Assembly (NCBI GenBank): GCA_035710445.1
Contig: DASTDH010000160.1
Location: 1 to 40,176, forward strand
Length of the DNA stretch: 40,176 nt
Direction: 5' to 3'
Origin: Chthoniobacterales bacterium
GTDB lineage: Bacteria; Verrucomicrobiota; Verrucomicrobiia; Chthoniobacterales; JAFAMB01
Positions 35,477-40,176 of the stretch are shown piece after piece. Both the position numbers and the translations under genes were made by a program. Below the pieces are notes generated by a model that made no database searches, was not told the DNA's origin, and saw only the letters and a program-made list of their open reading frames with translations. The number at the start of each line of letters is the position of its first letter. Within the stretch, counting starts at the first letter, position 1.

Positions 35477-36177
35477 GTCAGGCTCCGATCGAGCATATCG
35501 AAAAGCAATTGATCATCGAGGCAGCCAACACTCTTGTTCTGCCAAGGCAGTATGCCTCTCAGGTAAGTCGTGTGTGCTTTTGCGACTGTGGAGGGAACCC
35601 CGGTCAACTCATCTGAGCTAAACCGGCAGATGCCATGCACTTCGTCGACGGGGAAAACAAATCGCGAACCTTCGCGACCCGCCACCACCAACCGACGATA
35701 AATCGCGCGTTTTGAGCTCACCGGTTCCGGCCCGATTTTTTCTAACCCAAGCAGTTGGTCGAGGGCCACGCAGACTAACAATTCCCCACGAATATTGGCT
35801 AAGCCCAAAAGAATGCTGCTTCGTGCCTGTGGCACGGAGTGAGCAGGACGATCCTCCGCAATTTCTTGTAAATTCGTTGGTGACAATGCCAGCCACTCCG
35901 CACCGATGCGAAATATCAGAGCAGCTTGCATCGAGTGGCTCTCGACTCTTACCTCGGTGGCGAAATGCGTGGTCCAGCCTTCCAAATAATCCTTGGGCAG
36001 TTCTCCTCCAAGGAGTTGGGCAGCCGCCGATGAATAGACGATGCAGTTGCGGCAATGGATCAAGTGTTTCAACTCGCCGCATTCGCGATTGCCCCAAACA
36101 CCGATCTTGTTCCAACAATCGTTGAGCTTGACGGAACTCATAGATCCCGAAAGCGCTTTCGGCAGATCCGGTTTCAT
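35473..36177 (-). CDS. cheW: CheW-like coupling protein with an N-terminal four-Cys extension (WspD-like)
   Basis: NDCWNKIGVWGNRECGELKHLIHCRNCIVYS (C-x11-C-x8-C-x2-C) is followed by a CheW domain (ALIFRIGAEWLALSPTNLQEI...GLANIRGELLVCVALDQLLG). ATG 36177 forms an ATGA overlap with the cheR stop; the longest ORF starts at 36216. Confidence 0.85.
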   Translation of the reverse strand: MKPDLPKALSGSMSSVKLNDCWNKIGVWGNRECGELKHLIHCRNCIVYSSAAAQLLGGELPKDYLEGWTTHFATEVRVESHSMQAALIFRIGAEWLALSPTNLQEIAEDRPAHSVPQARSSILLGLANIRGELLVCVALDQLLGLEKIGPEPVSSKRAIYRRLVVAGREGSRFVFPVDEVHGICRFSSDELTGVPSTVAKAHTTYLRGILPWQNKSVGCLDDQLLFDMLDRSLT

Positions 36178-37412
36178 TTCGTTCGCTCCAAAACGCGGTG
36201 AGCACGGTTTTTCCAAGCCTCGGCCGCTGCGCGGTCGCCGTTTTTGTCCGCCAGCAGCGCGAGGTGAATCAGCGAATCATAATGATCCGGTTCAAGATAA
36301 AGCGCTTTGCGATAGAACTCATTCGCCTGGTACTGATCTCCCGCGCAATCGCGGATCAAGCCCAGCAAATGAAAGGCGTGTGCCGAGGGGCCTTGCTCAC
36401 GCAAAACGACTTCGCAGATCTCGGCCGCTTCTCTCAGTCGTCCTTGATCGGCTAATTGTTGAGCAAAAGCTAGATCAGGCACTAAGTTATTTTCGTACTT
36501 CACGGTTTCCGGCACGGCTTTCTTAGGAGCTATCAAATCCGGCTTGCGAATGGCTTCGCTCCGGCGTGCCTTCGCAGGCAGCCAAACTTTCGGTTTCACT
36601 TTCGGCAGTGGACGAAAAGCAACCGGCTCGCTCTTGCAAAAAGCAAATGCCATCGGCAATTTCACAGAGGAAAAACCGTGCTGAGTGAGTAGGGCTGTTT
36701 CCGCTGACCCGACAAACAATAGTCCGTCTGCAGTCAATAACTCGCTTAAGCTTTTAAGCGTTTGCCGCTGTGCCTCGCCATCAAAATAGATCAGCAGGTT
36801 GCGGCAGAAGATAAAATCGTAGGGTTCGCCGCCAAGTCCAAAACGTTCTTCCAACACGTTTCTTTGCTCAAATCTTACGCACTGACGCACGGATTCGCAT
36901 AGACAAAAGCCGGCATCGGTCTTCTGGAAATATCGATCCCGAAATTTAAGGTCGCTGCCCCGGAATGAATTGCCGCCGAACAGGCCGAGCCTTCCGATAT
37001 CGAGCAAATGCGCGCTGATGTCGATCGCATCAATTTGCAATCTCTCCGGCGGAAATCCGGCCTCGAACAAGGTCATGGCGATCGAATAGGGCTCTTCACC
37101 AGTCGAGCAGGCGACGCTCAGCGCCCGCATCTTTTTCGTTCCAAGGAGAAATCGTTCTCCGACGATCTGTCGCAAGGCGATGAATGATTCAGGGTATCGA
37201 AAGAAAAAGGTCTCTGGGATCACTACCACTTCAACTAAGCTCTGCAATTCTGTTTGCGAGCGTTGCAAAAGTTCAGCGTAACGCGAAATATCTCGAAGGT
37301 CGTTCGCGCGCAGGCGCTGTTGGACAGCGCGTTCGATCAAGCTGAGTCCGACCGACGCGACATCGAGACCGATGGTCTGGCGGAGCAATGCAATGATGGA
37401 TGCAGGCGACAT
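36174..37412 (-). CDS. cheR: Chemotaxis protein methyltransferase with a C-terminal TPR region (WspC-like)
   Basis: The CheR SAM-binding core is present (ALSVACSTGEEPYSIAM, FIFCRNLLIYFD). The C-terminal TPR-like repeats follow (AFAQQLADQGRLREAAEICEVVL...FHLLGLIRD...YRKALYLEPDHYDSLIHLALL). Confidence 0.9.
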   Translation of the reverse strand: MSPASIIALLRQTIGLDVASVGLSLIERAVQQRLRANDLRDISRYAELLQRSQTELQSLVEVVVIPETFFFRYPESFIALRQIVGERFLLGTKKMRALSVACSTGEEPYSIAMTLFEAGFPPERLQIDAIDISAHLLDIGRLGLFGGNSFRGSDLKFRDRYFQKTDAGFCLCESVRQCVRFEQRNVLEERFGLGGEPYDFIFCRNLLIYFDGEAQRQTLKSLSELLTADGLLFVGSAETALLTQHGFSSVKLPMAFAFCKSEPVAFRPLPKVKPKVWLPAKARRSEAIRKPDLIAPKKAVPETVKYENNLVPDLAFAQQLADQGRLREAAEICEVVLREQGPSAHAFHLLGLIRDCAGDQYQANEFYRKALYLEPDHYDSLIHLALLADKNGDRAAAEAWKNRAHRVLERTK

Positions 37413-37909
37413 CAGCTTGAAACAAGTTCACGAAACAGCACATCACGAAGTTCGGGCGTGAGCAATCGTTCGACCTCGATCCACTGGATTAACCCACCGG
37501 CGTCAGTAACCACTCGGCCAAGATAGGGCGCATTCTCGGACTCAACTCCTGTCTCCACAAAATCTTGGGCCGATCGCCGAATCATACTCGTCGCGCGCTC
37601 AGCGATCAGACCGAGCGGATGTGGATTTTGAGCCTGGAGCGGATACTTCACTAGAATGATGCGCGTGCTCAAGCGCTGCGCGGCAGGTTCCGCCAGCGTC
37701 ATTTCGTTTAAATCGATCACCGGCACGGGAGTTCCATGATAATTTAATATCCCGGCCACCCCGACCGGCGCACCGGGCACTCTTTTCAGGTTTATCAGTG
37801 GAAGAACCTCAATGATAACGCCGGCAGACAATGCGTAACGGTCCCGACCAATCTGGAATAAGATAAAAAGCATGCGGAAGGAGATGGGGGTATGGAGGTC
37901 AAGCGCCAT
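37412..37909 (-). CDS. cheW: CheW-like coupling protein (WspB-like)
   Basis: [23 protein letters not shown]...[15 protein letters not shown] is a CheW fold signature. Overlaps the MCP stop by 11 nt and the cheR start by 1 nt. Confidence 0.85.
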   Translation of the reverse strand: MALDLHTPISFRMLFILFQIGRDRYALSAGVIIEVLPLINLKRVPGAPVGVAGILNYHGTPVPVIDLNEMTLAEPAAQRLSTRIILVKYPLQAQNPHPLGLIAERATSMIRRSAQDFVETGVESENAPYLGRVVTDAGGLIQWIEVERLLTPELRDVLFRELVSS

Positions 37910-39392
37910 TCAACTTGAACCGCGAGACGCTGGTGCGCAGATCGTTGGCGGTGGAATTCAATTGATCCATCACGATGCTTGATTGATGGAGCGACTGGAC
38001 GGTTTGCTGTGCCGATTCGGTCAACTGGGCCAGCGCTTCGCTGATCTGTTGTGCGCCGGTCGACTGCGATTGCATCCCTTCGTTTACGGTTTCGAACTGA
38101 GGCGTTAATGCCTGAACTTGGCTGATGATTTGCGCCAATTGTTCGCTCACCTGTTCGACTTCTTGCACTCCTCGGCGGACCTCTTCGGAGAACTTGTCCA
38201 TACCCATTACCCCGGCAGAAACCGCCGACTGCATCTCCTTTACAAGCTGTTCGATATCGTAACTGGCTACGGCTGTTTGGTCCGCAAGCCGCCGAATCTC
38301 CGTAGCGACAACAACGAACCCGCGGCCATGCTCGCCGGCCTTTTCCGCTTCGATGGCCGCATTGAGCGAAAGTAGATTCGTTTGGTCGGCGACCTTCGTG
38401 ATGGTCGTCACAACCTGGTTAATGTTACTCGCTTTCTCATTCAAGACTGCCAGCTTGGCATTAACCGCCCCCCCGGCTTCCATCACCTGCCGCATAGTGG
38501 CTTCCATCCGGGCCAAGCCGCTCTGGCCGGTGCCGGCCAAACTGGCCGTTTGCTCCGCGACTTCAGTCACCTCATTGATTGTGTTGAGCAGCACCTTGGA
38601 GGTTGCCGCAATCTCCTTGGAGGTTGCCCCTATTTCGCTGGTCGCAGACGCCGTCTCCGCGCTGGTAGCCTGATGTTCTTTGCCGGTAGCCGCAATCTCG
38701 GTCACCGAAGAGGCCACTTGCAACGCTGAACGCTGCACTTGAGTAATCAACGAATTGATTGCGCGCACAACGGAGTAGCAAATCAGCACCGCAAGAATGA
38801 GACTGAGGATTATACCGATGATAAGGACGACTTTTGACTGCGCGGCTGCCGAGTTGAGTTTCTCGACCGCGGTCGCGGCCGCTCTCTTGTTGTATGCCAG
38901 GTCATCGTTGATACCCGCTAGAAACGCCCTGAATTTTGGCTGGAGCTGTTGGTCGTAGAAGTTGTAGGCCTCTTGATCTTTCTGGGCCCGGCTCAGTTTC
39001 AGAACCTCCTCCAGGTTAGTAACGTAAGCCGAATAGGTCGTGTTCAGCCGCTGAAACCGTTCGGTCTCTTCGGTACCAAAGACCGTCGCCTCGAAGGCTT
39101 TGAAGAGGGCGCTTAACTTTTCGTGGTTCTCCTGCAACGCCTCGTCCAGTTTCTGCACTTCCTGGGCATCGTTGGCCTTAATGTGCTGTAGAATCAACGC
39201 AACTTCCCGTTCACTAAAAGCCGTGATCTGTGCCATCAAAACTGCCCCGGGAAGACTATCCTTGGCCAGAGTTGCCGCCTGACTTTGGATCGCCCCTAAT
39301 CGCGAAAATGCGTAAACACTTACGCAAAGAGTTATCAGTATGACCCCGGCAAATCCGAGGGTAAGCCGCTTCCCAATAGTCCAATTTTTCAT
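37899..39392 (-). CDS. Methyl-accepting chemotaxis protein, 4-helix-bundle periplasmic sensor (WspA-like)
   Basis: TM1 ([16 protein letters not shown]). Helical periplasmic domain of about 155 aa. TM2 ([22 protein letters not shown]). Signalling hairpin [35 protein letters not shown]. Confidence 0.9.
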   Translation of the reverse strand: MKNWTIGKRLTLGFAGVILITLCVSVYAFSRLGAIQSQAATLAKDSLPGAVLMAQITAFSEREVALILQHIKANDAQEVQKLDEALQENHEKLSALFKAFEATVFGTEETERFQRLNTTYSAYVTNLEEVLKLSRAQKDQEAYNFYDQQLQPKFRAFLAGINDDLAYNKRAAATAVEKLNSAAAQSKVVLIIGIILSLILAVLICYSVVRAINSLITQVQRSALQVASSVTEIAATGKEHQATSAETASATSEIGATSKEIAATSKVLLNTINEVTEVAEQTASLAGTGQSGLARMEATMRQVMEAGGAVNAKLAVLNEKASNINQVVTTITKVADQTNLLSLNAAIEAEKAGEHGRGFVVVATEIRRLADQTAVASYDIEQLVKEMQSAVSAGVMGMDKFSEEVRRGVQEVEQVSEQLAQIISQVQALTPQFETVNEGMQSQSTGAQQISEALAQLTESAQQTVQSLHQSSIVMDQLNSTANDLRTSVSRFKLNGA

Positions 39393-40045
39393 GATTCTCG
39401 CTGCCGCACTCCCGCCGTGTATCGTTAAGTGCTCATCAGGTCGCCGAGAACAACAGAACTGCCCTCACGCCGCGATGATGGGCTCGCTGTCTGGAGCCCG
39501 CGGGGAAATTATGATGTCCAGGAGAATCGGGGCTAACTCCGAACGCCCAAAGCAGTATGGATTGCCAGCCGGAGGGACGAACGCTGATTGGCTGGTTCCT
39601 CTCTTCGCGAATGTGCGCGATCCTCGAAAAACCGAAATGAGGTGTGACCGGAATGGGCGCGATGGAATGGCAATGAAACGAGCAAACGTCACGTTTGCCG
39701 AGTTTGCACTTAACGGCGCCGGGAGGCAATGATATTCATAATTACAATAGTTGCTGGAATGGAATCGGATTGAGGTCGACCGGGAGTTCTACACATCCAC
39801 CGTGCGTTGGACAACCTGGCCGCATCACAGCGACGATCGAGGTCTTCCGTCGAACCGATTATAGTAGCCTCCGCGAGGACTTCGGTTTGACGAGACGCCG
39901 CTCAAACCGGCCGAAACACCCTGTGCTCCCAAATAGAACAGGTCAATGGTTGGCCAAACCGACGAGTGGGATGTATGTTGCCTCGGGGCCGCGGAAAAGC
40001 GCTTGCAGCACTGGATTTCGACGATACTGTTCCATTCCTTTTGCC

Positions 40046-40121
40046 GGGTTGATAGCTCAATCGGTAGAGCAGCGCCCTTTTAAGGCGTTGGTTCTGGGTT
40101 CGAGTCCCAGTCAACCCACCA
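40046..40121 (+). tRNA. tRNA-Lys (anticodon UUU), CCA encoded
   Basis: The cloverleaf was folded by hand. Acceptor stem GGGTTGA/TCAACCC (7 bp). D stem GCTC/GAGC. Anticodon stem GCGCC/GGCGT with loop CTTTTAA. 5-nt variable loop. T stem CTGGG/CCCAG with loop TTCGAGT. Discriminator A, then CCA. Confidence 0.9.
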
Positions 40122-40176
40122 GCTAGATCAAGTCTAGGAGCCGATCCGCGAACCAAATCGGCGATTCACCAAAAAA

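Noticed and set aside
34947-36205. Antisense or alternate-frame ORFs over cheA and cheW (34947-35621 plus strand, 35618-36205 minus strand)
   Set aside because: They are low-complexity and Ser/Arg-rich, and lie fully inside genes with clear domain signatures.
38594-38635. 21-bp tandem repeat considered as a VNTR or CRISPR-like element
   Set aside because: There are only two units. They are in frame inside the MCP coiled coil and encode a heptad duplication. This is noted as a protein feature, not a DNA element.
40003-40030. Possible sigma-70-type promoter for the tRNA (TTGCAG-16 nt-TACTGT)
   Set aside because: The -10 hexamer matches the consensus at only 3 of 6 positions, and promoter rules for this organism are unknown. 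Too weak to annotate.
39340-40126. ORFs 39340-39732 and 39695-40126 in the MCP-tRNA gap
   Set aside because: The first begins inside the MCP gene on the opposite strand. The second reads straight through tRNA-Lys. Neither has recognisable motifs or a sensible start context.
1-40176. Search for CRISPR arrays, transposases, integrases, toxin-antitoxin pairs, restriction-modification or other defence systems
   Set aside because: None were recognised on either strand. The only mobility-related signal is the orphan tRNA-Lys 3' fragment reported above.

Overview
40.2-kb chromosomal window, roughly mid-50s % GC by eye and densely coding: about 36 CDS and one tRNA. I saw no CRISPR array, transposase, integrase, toxin-antitoxin pair or recognisable defence genes. 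The organism cannot be named from the sequence alone.

**Left third (1-14.6 kb).** Mostly housekeeping: the ftsY 3' end, a CNNM/CorC transporter, a stand-alone rpsN, a phosphosugar mutase, an RlmI-like methyltransferase, and thyA-folA divergent from folE2. It is interrupted by a tightly coupled four-gene envelope operon (2632-8589, minus strand):
- a DUF4105 (Lnb-like) protein
- an Lnt-like protein whose nitrilase catalytic triad appears to be lost
- a DUF2334 protein
- a PHP::GT4 fusion

**Middle (15.0-28.8 kb).** Twelve genes, all on the plus strand:
- a BMP-type ABC importer
- two paralogous AtzD/barbiturase-family ring-opening amidohydrolases flanking an amidase-signature enzyme
- a family III CoA-transferase
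- a NitT/TauT-type ABC importer

I read this as an uncharacterised N-heterocycle (barbiturate/cyanurate-like) catabolic island.

**Right (28.9-40.1 kb).** A complete Wsp-type chemosensory operon in exact wspA-F gene order. The WspR diguanylate cyclase position is occupied by a REC-HisKA-HATPase-(pseudoREC)-REC-Hpt hybrid kinase.

**Repeat bracketing the right module.** This 11.2-kb module is bracketed by tRNA-Lys(UUU) at 40046-40121 and an orphan copy of that tRNA's 3' end at 28867-28884. The copy is an 18-nt exact match in inverted orientation, and the similarity extends into the flank.

**Caveats.** The ORF track uses ATG/GTG/TTG starts and takes the longest ORF, so I re-set several starts from homology. 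All family calls rest on motif recognition by eye and need HMM or BLAST confirmation.
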